From the NCBI GenBank assembly GCA_964612975.1, contig CAZTGC010000003.1, positions 140,724 to 204,723 of the forward strand: 64,000 nt of DNA, read 5' to 3'. Position 1 is the stretch's first letter; every line of letters starts with the position of its first letter. Under the pieces are notes generated by a model. That model ran no database searches, was not told the origin of the DNA, and saw nothing but the letters and a program-made list of their open reading frames with translations. The DNA comes from an uncultured Dictyoglomota bacterium. GTDB taxonomy: Bacteria; Dictyoglomota; Dictyoglomia; Dictyoglomales; Dictyoglomaceae. Positions 36,847 through 46,931 of the stretch are shown here, in pieces. Made by a program: the position numbers and the translations under genes.

Positions 36847-37706
36847 CTATGAAATTTTTATTGCTTGGGAAAGAAGCTCAATACTTGCTAATATTCCCTC
36901 CTCATAATTTACCTTCCCCTCAAACTCTATGGATAGATATCCTTTGTATCCCACATTCTTTAGCATCCTTAAGATTTTAACATAGTCAGGTTTAAATCAA
37001 AATCATAGAAAATTCCACCTCCAAAATAGGTTTTAGCATGAACAAGAATAGTATAGGGGATAAGTTTTTCTAATTGTTCATAGGTATCATCTAAGAAGTT
37101 TCCACAATCTAGTGCCACCTTAAACCAATCCCTATTTACCCCTTTTAAAATATCCAAAACCCCCTCTGCAGAATAGTTTAGCCCCCAATGATTTTCTATA
37201 GCAAGAATTATCCCATATTCCTTTGCAAAATCTACACATTCCCTAAATGCAGATATATTCCATTCTATTCCCTCCTCATAAGTATATCCTTCTAATGCTG
37301 GCTCCTTTCCCCTTTTTGCCATAAGTTCAGTAAAATCTTTTATAGTTCCCCATCTTCCCCCAAAAACCATAATAATTGGAGCTCCTAACTTATATCCTAC
37401 CTTAATTAAATCCTTTACCTTATCTATCTCTTTTTTTCTTTCCTCCTTATCTGGCTTTACAAAATTATTATGAATAGAAAGAGCATAAATATCCAAAGAA
37501 TGCTCAACACAAAGCCTTTTTATTTTATATAAATAATTATCCTCCAAGGATTCTAATTGAACAGCCAAAATCTCTAAACCATCTAAGCCATATTTATAGG
37601 CTAAAGGAATCATTTTTTTTAAAGTTAGGGGTCTTTCCTCAGGATTCCCATAATCAAATCTTTTAAAAGAATAAGTAGAACCTCCTATTCTCATTTTAAC
37701 CTCCAA
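36847..37706 (-). pseudogene. sugar phosphate isomerase/epimerase (xylose isomerase-like TIM barrel) with a 1-nt frameshift near 36991-36996
   Basis: The track ORF ends ...GGGIFYDFDLNLTMLKS* at 36969. The next frame continues PDYVKILRMLKNVGYKGYLSIEFEGKVNYEEGILASIELLSQAIKIS* to 36847, which is the canonical C-terminus of this family. The shift lies in the TTTAAA run. Confidence 0.75.
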
Positions 37707-37822
37707 AATAAACTTTTTAATATTTTATAATAACAAGTAAGGATCTTACAAAAAAGTTACTATTAAAATGGGGATTGAATTTAAGTTTTTAAAAAGCCCC
37801 TTCATAAAGGAGGGACAATTTT

Positions 37823-38671
37823 TTAGAAGCTTGCTGATAAGCTTATTATATGTTGATTGGTTAAATTTTTTGTATATAAAAGGGCATAATCTAAGTTGAA
37901 GTTTGCAAAGCTTAATCCTACTCCAAAGGTTAATCCTTCCTTTGCTCCATTATATCCCCCCCTTATTGCTAAAATAGGAAGGGGATTTATCTCAGAACCA
38001 ATATGAACTCTATTTAAAAATGTGGGCTTTTCCAATAAAGATATATCTACAACAATTTTTAAAGGTACTACTAAATCTAGTTTTAATAAAGTTCCCACCA
38101 CCACATCTTTTCTTTCTACACTTTCCACAGTACCTGTATTCCATCTTAAAAAGTTTATGGGATTATACAAGGCAATACCAAAGCTTAGGTTAGAATTTAC
38201 TAAATAAATTGCCCCAATATCTACCCCAAATCCTTGAGCAGAACCTGTATCTAATGTGGTCATGTAAAAATATCCCGTTGCTCCTACACTAAGATTGGGC
38301 ATAACATTAGTAGCTATACTTACCTGAAAGGCATTCTCTGAAAAGGGAAAAAGTAGTTCTTCGGAACTTACACTTTTAGTGGATAATCCCAATCCTAAGG
38401 AAAAAGATTCCAAGGGTAAAACTCCTCCAAAGAATTCCACCCTCGTAAAACTTTCTGGCATCTCCAAGTGATTAAAACTAAGGGTTTTTTTATCTATAAA
38501 AGATAATCCCGCTGGATTATATATCAAACTTCCCCAATCATCAGAGAGGGCAACATAGGCTCCTCCTAATCCTCCTGCCCTTGCATTTAAAATCATTGGG
38601 GTAAAAGATGCAAAGCATGGGGTTATGATAAATAAACATATAATTAAGCATATAAAAATTATTTTCCTCAT
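37823..38671 (-). CDS. FadL/PorV/PorQ-like outer-membrane beta-barrel protein
   Basis: 282 aa. Signal peptide, ARAGGLGGAYVALSDDWGSLIYNPAGLSF N-terminal motif, alternating beta-strand pattern, C-terminal SLSASF aromatic end. Paralog of 33977-35294. Confidence 0.6.
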   Translation of the reverse strand: MRKIIFICLIICLFIITPCFASFTPMILNARAGGLGGAYVALSDDWGSLIYNPAGLSFIDKKTLSFNHLEMPESFTRVEFFGGVLPLESFSLGLGLSTKSVSSEELLFPFSENAFQVSIATNVMPNLSVGATGYFYMTTLDTGSAQGFGVDIGAIYLVNSNLSFGIALYNPINFLRWNTGTVESVERKDVVVGTLLKLDLVVPLKIVVDISLLEKPTFLNRVHIGSEINPLPILAIRGGYNGAKEGLTFGVGLSFANFNLDYALLYTKNLTNQHIISLSASF

Positions 38672-38700
38672 CTATTATGCCTCCTTTTAAAAAATTTAAG

Positions 38701-38724
38701 TTTAGGGGGGATTTCCCCCCTAAA
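38701..38724 (-). terminator. strong intercistronic hairpin between the protease and barrel genes
   Basis: TTTAGGGGGG-attt-CCCCCCTAAA immediately after the protease stop codon (38727-38729). Confidence 0.55.
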
Positions 38725-38726
38725 AG

Positions 38727-41700
38727 TTATTTCAAGATCCCAATGAACCTATTTATTCTTACCTCACCCTGATGAGAAGTTGAAACAAGCTGGAATAGAT
38801 AGAGTCCATTGGGTAAGTAAAGTCCTTTCCAATTTACCCCTTCCCATATTACTTCGTAATTTCCAGCAGAAAGATTCCCAAGATCCCTTTCGTATACCTT
38901 TTCTCCTGCAAGGTTATATACTATAAACCTTACCTTTGCATCTTGAGAAATATTAAAGTATATCTTCGCTGGTCCTTCTTTAGGATTAAAGGATTTTGTG
39001 AATTTTGTAACATTTAAAAGGGAAAGGGGTTGTCCCAAATTAATAATTGTTGTTGCAGAAATATATCTAGAATTATTTAATTCATCCTTTGCTGTTGCCT
39101 CAATAATATATTTTCCATTGGGAAGTAAAGCCCCACTTTCATCCTTTCCATTCCATGTATAATTAAAACTTCCATTGTTAACCCTTTGATTTTCAACTAT
39201 AGTCCTTACAAGATTATTCTTTTGTCCATTAACGGTGTTATAAACTTTAATTGTTAGATATGCATAACCTGAATCATCAAATACTGATCCACTTATATTA
39301 CAACTTCCAGTATTAGGATTGAAGGAGGATGAAACTGTTAGAGTTAAAGTTGGTGTATCAACTAATAAAGCCCTTGCTTTTCTTAAAAGTATTTCATTTA
39401 TAGAAATATCTACCCCCTCAAGCCCAAAGGAAAAGTATACTACCGCATATTTTTTTACTGGATCCACATATCTTAATCCTGCAGTTCCAGAGGATGCTAT
39501 TACTTTATTTACAATAGATGGTGCCTTTTGTTCCTTTATCTTTTCAGGAAGTTTTATCTCAGGAATAGGAAGGGATACTCCTAAAGGATTGTAAACTAAT
39601 AGGGCTTGTGCTCCCTCTAAAGGATCAATCTCATCTGGATAAAATTGATTTTGGGCAGAATTCTCTGTATTTAAATTAAAGGTTAATCCCTCAAAAGTTG
39701 TTCCACTAACACCCCTTATGGAATAAATTTCTGTATTATCTTGAACAAAACTTGCCTTGAGGTATCCTTTATAGAATGTTTCACTTATGTATCCTTTCGA
39801 ATATCCCCATCCTAAATCTTGGCTTGTAATAAATAATTTACCACCATTATTTAAATAGCTCATTATTTGATTTTGTACAGAAGAATAATAGATTGCTCCC
39901 CAATCTCCGGCCCAAAGAACCCAGTCATAATTTAACATGTAACCTACTGAGGGTATCGCATTATCTTTAAATACATCAATAATGTTATAGCCAATTCCTT
40001 CATCTACAAAGGCATTCTCTATAAAAGGTGCTATTCCAAATTCTCCTCCATCGTCGGAGATAATTAAAGCTTCTATGGTAGCTGGAGTCGTGAAGGATTT
40101 CTGATACCAAGGAGAATCTCCATTGGCATTACTTGCCCTTATCCTCGTATAATAGGTAGTTCCAAGGAAAAGAGGAGCATTTAATAGAGGGCGATATTCT
40201 GTATCTTGAGTCTTAATATCTATTACTAAATTACTAAAGTTTGGATCTTGTGCAACCTGTAAATTGTAGGAAGTAGCATAAGGAACTGGTGTCCATTTAA
40301 ATAATGGTCTTATAGTTAAAGGATTTTGGGAGTACCAACCCATATGATAAATAAAGGAAGGTTGTGCAGGCACTTCCGTTGATTTTACATATATATCGCA
40401 AGTAATATTATTTCCAGAAATAGCAATATTTCTTACAGCGACTGCTGTGGGAATTTCAAAATAAGCTTTGCTATTGGGAGTACTATTTTTATCAAAAGTT
40501 CGATTATTAGTAGATCCTGGATAAGGATGTCCCGTGTTGCCCGATGAAAGTCTTTTTTCTAATTCCCAAAGTCCATTTGCCTGTTCCAAAGCAACTAAAT
40601 AGTGTCTTGATGGATCAAGTCCTGGATACCATTCATAATCATTTTGAGTTTTCCTCATTTTCTCATCCACATGATAGATGAGAAGACCCTCTCCCATTAA
40701 ATAACTATCAAAGCCAATTTTTCTCCTATTCTCCAATAGGAAATATTCATCTCCAATAACTCCATCGGTCCAAAGCATATAAATTACTGGCTCTATCTCC
40801 ACAGGAGGTATAGAGACATTAATCAAATTATTTTCTGGGACTATTGGAGTTACCCATCCTAATTTAATCTTACACCAGGCGTCAAAATGAGAAGGAGAAC
40901 CTCCCATGGAATATCCCGAGGGTCCTTGTGGTCCATTCCAAGATCCGGCTGCCATTAAGCTCCATCTTCCAAGTCCCAAAGAAGAATAATCTCTATCATA
41001 AAGATCGGGAAGTTGTCCAAAGGAATGTCCCATTTCATGAACAAATACCCCTACCGTTGAGGGAATAATTTTACCTTTATCCTCCATGTATTCTGGTTCA
41101 ATAGAGTATCTTATAAGAAATAATTTTCCACCAATATTTACATAAACTGTGGATGCATGGGACCAAATATCATTTACATCTCCTGTCCATTCTGCTCCTT
41201 CTCCACTATGAATTACAAATACTACATCATAATTTCTTAAATCATATCCAGAATTTACTGCATGTTGTAAAACCTCTTTAACTAATGTAAAAACTCCACC
41301 ATCAAATCCATGATTTCCATCATTTATATAGTAGGTATAAGTATTTTGAGCAGTATACCAAGGAAGAATAGTTGCAGTTACATCAAATTTATTATAGGAG
41401 TTTTCTTTATAAAATTCCTTTACACTTCCTACATTGTAGGGATTAATATTACTCCAATTTGCCCCTTCACTATTAAAGAGTATTTCAAAATAATCTGAAG
41501 GAATATTGGCTTGTTTTGGCTTATCAGCAAATTCTACAGGGATTACTATTGCAGATCCTGTACCAGTTGTTTTTTCAATAACTCCATATATTTTTGCTTC
41601 CTTTGGAATACTTACAGGAGTAATTTCAGGTAAAGTTGGAAGCTTTATCTTTTTCTCTAAAAGTCTTTCATGGGGTGGCATAATTTTTACTTTAGTTAAG

Positions 41701-41771
41701 GGAAAAGTTTCTGCAAGGGTAAAAGAGAATAGGAGGATTAAGAATGCTAAAAACCCAAAACCTTTCTTCAT
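38727..41771 (-). CDS. secreted M6 (immune inhibitor A-like) metalloprotease with FN3, FlgD-Ig-like and C-terminal sorting-like domains
   Basis: 1014 aa. Signal peptide; VFVHEMGHSFGQLPDLYD, the M6 HExxHxxGxxD motif; an FN3-like segment (KWTPVPYATSYNLQVA...); a FlgD-Ig-like segment (YTWNGKDESGALLPNGKYII); and a terminal segment VRFIVYNLAGEKVYERDLGNLSAGNYEVIWEG...LPNGLYLFQLVS...RFIGILK. Confidence 0.85.
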   Translation of the reverse strand: MKKGFGFLAFLILLFSFTLAETFPLTKVKIMPPHERLLEKKIKLPTLPEITPVSIPKEAKIYGVIEKTTGTGSAIVIPVEFADKPKQANIPSDYFEILFNSEGANWSNINPYNVGSVKEFYKENSYNKFDVTATILPWYTAQNTYTYYINDGNHGFDGGVFTLVKEVLQHAVNSGYDLRNYDVVFVIHSGEGAEWTGDVNDIWSHASTVYVNIGGKLFLIRYSIEPEYMEDKGKIIPSTVGVFVHEMGHSFGQLPDLYDRDYSSLGLGRWSLMAAGSWNGPQGPSGYSMGGSPSHFDAWCKIKLGWVTPIVPENNLINVSIPPVEIEPVIYMLWTDGVIGDEYFLLENRRKIGFDSYLMGEGLLIYHVDEKMRKTQNDYEWYPGLDPSRHYLVALEQANGLWELEKRLSSGNTGHPYPGSTNNRTFDKNSTPNSKAYFEIPTAVAVRNIAISGNNITCDIYVKSTEVPAQPSFIYHMGWYSQNPLTIRPLFKWTPVPYATSYNLQVAQDPNFSNLVIDIKTQDTEYRPLLNAPLFLGTTYYTRIRASNANGDSPWYQKSFTTPATIEALIISDDGGEFGIAPFIENAFVDEGIGYNIIDVFKDNAIPSVGYMLNYDWVLWAGDWGAIYYSSVQNQIMSYLNNGGKLFITSQDLGWGYSKGYISETFYKGYLKASFVQDNTEIYSIRGVSGTTFEGLTFNLNTENSAQNQFYPDEIDPLEGAQALLVYNPLGVSLPIPEIKLPEKIKEQKAPSIVNKVIASSGTAGLRYVDPVKKYAVVYFSFGLEGVDISINEILLRKARALLVDTPTLTLTVSSSFNPNTGSCNISGSVFDDSGYAYLTIKVYNTVNGQKNNLVRTIVENQRVNNGSFNYTWNGKDESGALLPNGKYIIEATAKDELNNSRYISATTIINLGQPLSLLNVTKFTKSFNPKEGPAKIYFNISQDAKVRFIVYNLAGEKVYERDLGNLSAGNYEVIWEGVNWKGLYLPNGLYLFQLVSTSHQGEVRINRFIGILK

Positions 41772-41942
41772 CCTTAGACCTCCCTTTTAAAGGTTTTCAA
41801 CAAGGCATTAGGGTATTATACTATATCCTCCAAATTAATAACAGGGGATATACAGATTATCTTAAAAATTTTGTGCTAAAATATAAAAATTTCCCTTAAT
41901 AATATAGAAAATTAAGGAAAATTATCTAGGAGGAATTGGTTA

Positions 41943-42905
41943 ATGATTATATTAGGTCATAGAGGAAATCTATATAATCCTGAAAATACCCTTAAAGCCT
42001 TTAAATCTGCCATTGAGATGGGAGCAGATGGAATAGAATTGGATGTTCAAAAAACCTTAGATAATGTTCTTGTAGTGTCCCATGATGAAAATTTGAAAAG
42101 ATTAACAGGTATAGATTTAAACATAAGAAGAGTGGAATTTGAAAAATTAAAGGATATCAAAATTGATGGAGAACCTATAGTTGATCTTAAGACAGCCTTA
42201 GAATTTATAAAATCCCATAATAAATTTGTAGATATAGAAGTTAAAAATCCTAAGGATTTTTTAGATGTTATAGAACTTGTAAAGAAAATTAGTTTAAAAG
42301 ATTTTATAATCTCATCCTTTTGGCATAAAGAGGTCTTTGAAGCAAAAAAATCTTATCCCGATATAAAATTTGCTTATCTTTATTCCCATTTTCCAAAGGA
42401 TCTTTTAACCTACATTAAAGAAATAGATTTTCTAAAGCCTCATTATCATTATATTAATGAGGAATATATCCCCTTTAAAGAAAAAACCATAGCATGGACT
42501 GTTGATGAGGAAGAGAAAATAGATTATCTTTTAAGTATGGATATTTGGGGAATAATTACCAACTTCCCCGATAGAGTTATAAATAGAGTGAAGGGAGGAG
42601 AGAAAATGTTTCAAAATCCTTATTTATCATATTTTGTACAAATGATTGATAAGAAATCAATTGTCAGAGGGGAAAATTATGTAAGTTTCGAAGCAGTAAA
42701 TTATGTTATGCCCTTAAGGATAGAATCCCTATCCATGGAAGATGGAGAAATAAATATTAATAAAACTTTTCCTGTTGATTGGAATTTAGGAGAAAGACTA
42801 AAATTTGAGATTACTATTAACGGAGAAAATCCAAAGATAAAAATAAGGGTAAGAGAAGTTGGAGAATTATCCTTTTCTTTAAAGGAATTAGAGGGGACTA
42901 TATAA
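41943..42905 (+). CDS. glycerophosphodiester phosphodiesterase family protein with an extra C-terminal domain
   Basis: 320 aa. ILGHRGN..ENTL.AF..A...GADGIELDV....D...V.HD is the GDPD signature. About 100 C-terminal residues are unassigned. Confidence 0.85.
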   Translation: MIILGHRGNLYNPENTLKAFKSAIEMGADGIELDVQKTLDNVLVVSHDENLKRLTGIDLNIRRVEFEKLKDIKIDGEPIVDLKTALEFIKSHNKFVDIEVKNPKDFLDVIELVKKISLKDFIISSFWHKEVFEAKKSYPDIKFAYLYSHFPKDLLTYIKEIDFLKPHYHYINEEYIPFKEKTIAWTVDEEEKIDYLLSMDIWGIITNFPDRVINRVKGGEKMFQNPYLSYFVQMIDKKSIVRGENYVSFEAVNYVMPLRIESLSMEDGEININKTFPVDWNLGERLKFEITINGENPKIKIRVREVGELSFSLKELEGTI

Positions 42906-42915
42906 TTAAATTTTT

Positions 42916-42943
42916 AGGAGGGGAATCTATTTTATCCCCTCCT
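42916..42943. terminator. bidirectional terminator hairpin
   Basis: AGGAGGGGA-atctatttta-TCCCCTCCT between convergent genes. Confidence 0.65.
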
Positions 42944-42963
42944 TAATCTCAGTTTAAAAGGCA

Positions 42964-43983
42964 TCATCTTCCCTCATCTTTATCTCCAGGAACAACCTCA
43001 GAATTTTCTTTAACAAAATTTATCACCTCATCAACATAAGCAAAGGCAAGGGAAACATAAGTATCTGCAGATCCATAATATATTGCAATTCTTCCAGTCT
43101 CTGCATCTACCAATGTGGCACAGGGAAATGCCACATTGGGTACAAAACCAACAGTTTCATACTCCATTTCAGGAGTTAGAAGATAATCCCTTAATCTATA
43201 AAGGACTCGAGAAGGATTATTTAAATCTAAAATTGCAGCACCAAAACTATAGACATATCCATTACAGGTAAGAACAACTCCATGATAAAATAATAGCCAT
43301 CCCTCTTCTGTTTCAATAGGTATAGGACCTGCACCTATCTTAAGACTCTGCCACCATCCCGATCCCCCTCTGCTCATCACCCTTCTATGCCTTCCCCAAT
43401 AAATTAAGTCCTTACTCTCACTCAAAAATATATCCCCAAAGGGAGTATGTCCTGAATCACTGGGCCTTGAAAGCATAACGTAATTGCCATTTATTTTTCT
43501 TGGGAAGAGAACACCATTTCTATTATATGGAAGAAAGGCATTTTCCATTCTTATAAATTCCTTAAAATCCTTAGTATATCCAATTCCAATTGTTGGTCCA
43601 TAAAAATCAGTACACCAGGTGATATAAAATTTATCTTCTATCTTAACAACCCTGGGATCATATGCATAATTAGGTTGATAAATATTTCCCTTCTCATCCT
43701 TCCAAATTATTTCTGGATCTTCTATCTTCCAATTTATTCCATCTTTGCTCCATCCCACATGTAATCTTGCCTTTCCATCTTTATGGTCTGCTCTAAATAC
43801 TCCAACAAATTCGCCGTTAAAGGGAACTACCGCACTATTAAAGATTCTTGCAGTCCTTTTTGTAGGATTCCATTTTGTTAAAGGATTTTTATCATATCTC
43901 CATATTACTCCTTCATAATTCTCTGGTTTTTCTTGCCAAGGGATATTTTCCAAGGGTTCTCCAATTATTTTTATCTTTCCCAT
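42964..43983 (-). CDS. GH130 beta-mannoside phosphorylase family protein
   Basis: 339 aa. IFNSAVVPFNGEFVGVFRAD...SKDGINW, YDPRV and WLLFYHGV are typical GH130 five-bladed propeller blocks. Confidence 0.8.
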   Translation of the reverse strand: MGKIKIIGEPLENIPWQEKPENYEGVIWRYDKNPLTKWNPTKRTARIFNSAVVPFNGEFVGVFRADHKDGKARLHVGWSKDGINWKIEDPEIIWKDEKGNIYQPNYAYDPRVVKIEDKFYITWCTDFYGPTIGIGYTKDFKEFIRMENAFLPYNRNGVLFPRKINGNYVMLSRPSDSGHTPFGDIFLSESKDLIYWGRHRRVMSRGGSGWWQSLKIGAGPIPIETEEGWLLFYHGVVLTCNGYVYSFGAAILDLNNPSRVLYRLRDYLLTPEMEYETVGFVPNVAFPCATLVDAETGRIAIYYGSADTYVSLAFAYVDEVINFVKENSEVVPGDKDEGR

Positions 43984-44131
43984 AGATTTACCTCCTTTTG
44001 TTTTCCTTTATAAAAATACTAATAGAACAAAATTTTTCTTGTCAATATTTACAAAATTGTATCCATTTGCTTTATTCTTTTAAAAGATTATGAAATATGA
44101 TATAATGATAAAAATTTTAAATAGGAGAAGC

Positions 44132-46513
44132 ATGCCAGAAATTCTTTTAAAATCTAAATCCCTTGGGAAAATCTTAAGCTGGGAAAAGAAAGAATCCCTA
44201 ATACTTTATGGAGAGAATGAGAATTTAAGAATATATGTTTTATGGGACAAGGTTTTGAGATTTTATTTTTCCAAAAATAGAGAATGGAAACATGCCTCCT
44301 TTGTGGTAAAAGAAATTTCCCCTTCAAAAGATTTCTCTGTGGAGGAAAAAGAAGAAATTATTCTTAGGACAAAAATGCTAAGGGTTACCATAGATAAAAA
44401 TAGTGGAAAGATTAGTATATATAATAAAGACGGGGATTTAATACTTTCCGATTACCAAGATTGTGGGTATAGAATATTTAAAAATCGAGTATATTCTTAT
44501 AAAGAAATTAAGGAAGAGAAAGCCTTTTTAGGATTTGGAGAAAGAACTGGAAATTTAAATAAAAAAGGGAAAAGATTAACCAATTGGAATACCGACAATC
44601 CCCATCATTATACTAATATCGATTCCCTTTACCAATCTCATCCCTTTTTCTTAGCCTGGAATCCTAAAAAAAGCTATGGAATTTTCCTTGATAATACCTT
44701 TAGAACCTATTTTGACATGGGGAGGGAGAGTGAAAAATACTATTACTTCTATGCAGAGGATGGAGAATTGGACTATTACTTTTTCTATGGGCCTTCACCA
44801 AAAGAAGTATTGGAACTTTATACAGAGTTAACAGGAAGATATTATTTACCACCTCTATGGGCATTGGGCTATCAACAATCTCGGTGGAGTTATGCAACAG
44901 AAGAGGAAGTAAGAATATTGGCAAAGACCTTTAGAGAGAAAACAATTCCTTGTGATGTAATATATTTAGATATAGATTATATGGAAGATTTTAAAGTATT
45001 CACTATTAATAATAAAAGATTTCCCAATTTTCAAAGGATGATTGAGGATCTTTCCCTAAAGGGATTCAAAATTATACCCATTATAGATCCAGGAGTAAAG
45101 GTGGATTTAAATTATGACTTATATAAAGAGGGAATAGAAAAGGATCTTTTTTGCAAGAAATCTAATGGGAAAATATATACGGGATATGTATGGCCAGGAA
45201 AATGTGTTTTTCCTGATTTTATAAGGAAAGAAGTGAGGGAATGGTGGGAGGAAAAACAAAAGGAGATGATTAAATTAGGAATTTCAGGGTTCTGGAACGA
45301 TATGAATGAACCATCCTCCATGTCCCATATAGAATATCTCTTAATGAGATTACTCTTTTATCATCTTCATTTTAAAGAGCCTCCCTTTATTCCTCAAGTT
45401 CCTTGGAACAAAGAGAAAAAACCAAAGGAATTTTATAAAAAAACATTATCTTCTGATGTCCTTCATGGAGATAAAAGGGAATTTACCCATCATGAGATCC
45501 ATAATGTTTATGGCCTTCTAATGGTAGAGGCGTGTTTTGAAGGATGGAAGAAAGCTAAACCAAATCTTCGTCCCTTAATCATTACAAGAGCAGGATTTTC
45601 AGGAATTCAAAAATTTTCAGCAGTATGGACAGGAGATAATAAAAGCACTTGGGAGCATCTTTATATGTCTCTTCCTATGCTTCAAAATCTGAGTTTATCT
45701 GGAATTCCCTTTGTTGGTGCTGATGTGGGAGGTTTCTGGAAGGATTGTAACTCTGAACTTTTCATCCGTTGGATGGAACTTGGTACTTTTTATCCCTATT
45801 TTAGGAATCACTCTGCTATGAATACAAAAAATCAAGAACCTTGGAGTTTTGGAGAGAATGTGGAAAAAATTGTGAGAAATTATATAAATTTAAGGTATAA
45901 ACTTTTGCCGTATATTTATTCTCTATTCTGGGAAGCAAAAGAGAAGGGAATTCCCCCACTAAGATCATTAATAATGGAATTTCCAGAAGATCCTGAAGGT
46001 ATAATTCATGAGGATGAGTTTTTATTAGGCCCTAATTTATTGGTAGCTCCTATCTATAGGGAAGGAGAAAGAAAGAGACGGGTATATCTTCCAAAGGGAG
46101 ATTGGTATGATTTTTGGACAGGAGAAAAACTTACAGGACCTAATATATTTGAAGTTTCTGCCCCCTTAGAGATTATTCCTGTATTTGTAAAGGGAGGAAG
46201 TATTATACCCCTATGGGAACTTCAAAATTATGTAGGAGAAAAGGAACAGGAAAATTTGGAATTAAGAGTTTATGATGGAGAGGGAGAGTTTATTTTTTAT
46301 GAAGATGATGGATTTTCCTGGAATTATGAGAGGGGAGAATACAATCTTTTAAAATTTTCCCTCTCTAAGGAAAGGGAGGGATATATATTAAGCATTGAAT
46401 ATCTCCATAATGGTTATAAATCACCAAGAAAAAGATTTAGAATAGTAACCCTAAAGGGAAAAATAATAGAGGTAGAGGAGCAAAAAGCCGAAAAAATATA
46501 TTTATCACCTTAG
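44132..46513 (+). CDS. GH31 alpha-glucosidase/alpha-xylosidase
   Basis: Nucleophile motif GFWNDMNEPS, plus VIYLDIDYM and RAGFSGIQ..AVWTGDN. The track start 44090 lies upstream of an extended -10 (TGATATAAT, 44098-44106). ATG 44132 follows AGGAG. Confidence 0.9.
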   Translation: MPEILLKSKSLGKILSWEKKESLILYGENENLRIYVLWDKVLRFYFSKNREWKHASFVVKEISPSKDFSVEEKEEIILRTKMLRVTIDKNSGKISIYNKDGDLILSDYQDCGYRIFKNRVYSYKEIKEEKAFLGFGERTGNLNKKGKRLTNWNTDNPHHYTNIDSLYQSHPFFLAWNPKKSYGIFLDNTFRTYFDMGRESEKYYYFYAEDGELDYYFFYGPSPKEVLELYTELTGRYYLPPLWALGYQQSRWSYATEEEVRILAKTFREKTIPCDVIYLDIDYMEDFKVFTINNKRFPNFQRMIEDLSLKGFKIIPIIDPGVKVDLNYDLYKEGIEKDLFCKKSNGKIYTGYVWPGKCVFPDFIRKEVREWWEEKQKEMIKLGISGFWNDMNEPSSMSHIEYLLMRLLFYHLHFKEPPFIPQVPWNKEKKPKEFYKKTLSSDVLHGDKREFTHHEIHNVYGLLMVEACFEGWKKAKPNLRPLIITRAGFSGIQKFSAVWTGDNKSTWEHLYMSLPMLQNLSLSGIPFVGADVGGFWKDCNSELFIRWMELGTFYPYFRNHSAMNTKNQEPWSFGENVEKIVRNYINLRYKLLPYIYSLFWEAKEKGIPPLRSLIMEFPEDPEGIIHEDEFLLGPNLLVAPIYREGERKRRVYLPKGDWYDFWTGEKLTGPNIFEVSAPLEIIPVFVKGGSIIPLWELQNYVGEKEQENLELRVYDGEGEFIFYEDDGFSWNYERGEYNLLKFSLSKEREGYILSIEYLHNGYKSPRKRFRIVTLKGKIIEVEEQKAEKIYLSP

Positions 46514-46577
46514 AAACCCAATTTAATTCAAACTGATACTTAATCTTCCCTTTCTTTATAGAAATTCCTCTTAAGAC

Positions 46578-46608
46578 AATTGACAAGAGTCAATTTTTAT
46601 TTTAAACT
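46578..46608 (+). promoter_or_regulatory. promoter with overlapping palindromic operator for the ArsR/SdpR-like operon
   Basis: AATTGAC-aaga-GTCAATT (46578-46595) contains TTGACA (46580-46585). After a 17-nt spacer comes TAAACT (46603-46608). Confidence 0.5.
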
Positions 46609-46646
46609 TCATTTAGATAAATATCAAAATGATGTATAACTAAGAG

Positions 46647-46931
46647 ATGTTTTTAGATCTTCTATTTAAAGCATTAAGTGATGAGACCAGAAGAAGGATT
46701 TTAAAGATGCTTGCAGAAAAAGATAGGACTGCAGGAGAAATTGCCAGCTTCTTTCCTCAAACGTGGCCTACTATTTCCCACCACTTGGAAATATTAAAAG
46801 AGGCAGGACTTATAGTTGATGAAAGAAGGGGAAAATATATTGTATATTCTCTAAATACTACTGTTTTCCATGAGGCTTTGCTTTTTTTATTAGACACTTT
46901 AAAAAAGAGGGAGAAGGTAAATGAAGAATAA
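46647..46931 (+). CDS. ArsR/SmtB-family (SdpR-like) transcriptional repressor
   Basis: 94 aa. ALSDETRRRILKML....TAGEIA......TISHHL..L..AGLI wHTH pattern. Confidence 0.85.
   Translation: MFLDLLFKALSDETRRRILKMLAEKDRTAGEIASFFPQTWPTISHHLEILKEAGLIVDERRGKYIVYSLNTTVFHEALLFLLDTLKKREKVNEE

Noticed and set aside
44090-44131. N-terminal extensions suggested by the ORF track: 44090 for GH31, 9623 for flavin reductase, 29029 for nitroreductase, 47793 for the ABC ATPase, 61821 for GH53.
   Set aside because: In each case a downstream ATG follows a good AGGAGG-type SD at proper spacing. The extension starts at TTG or lacks an SD. For GH31, the extension also lies upstream of the likely -10.
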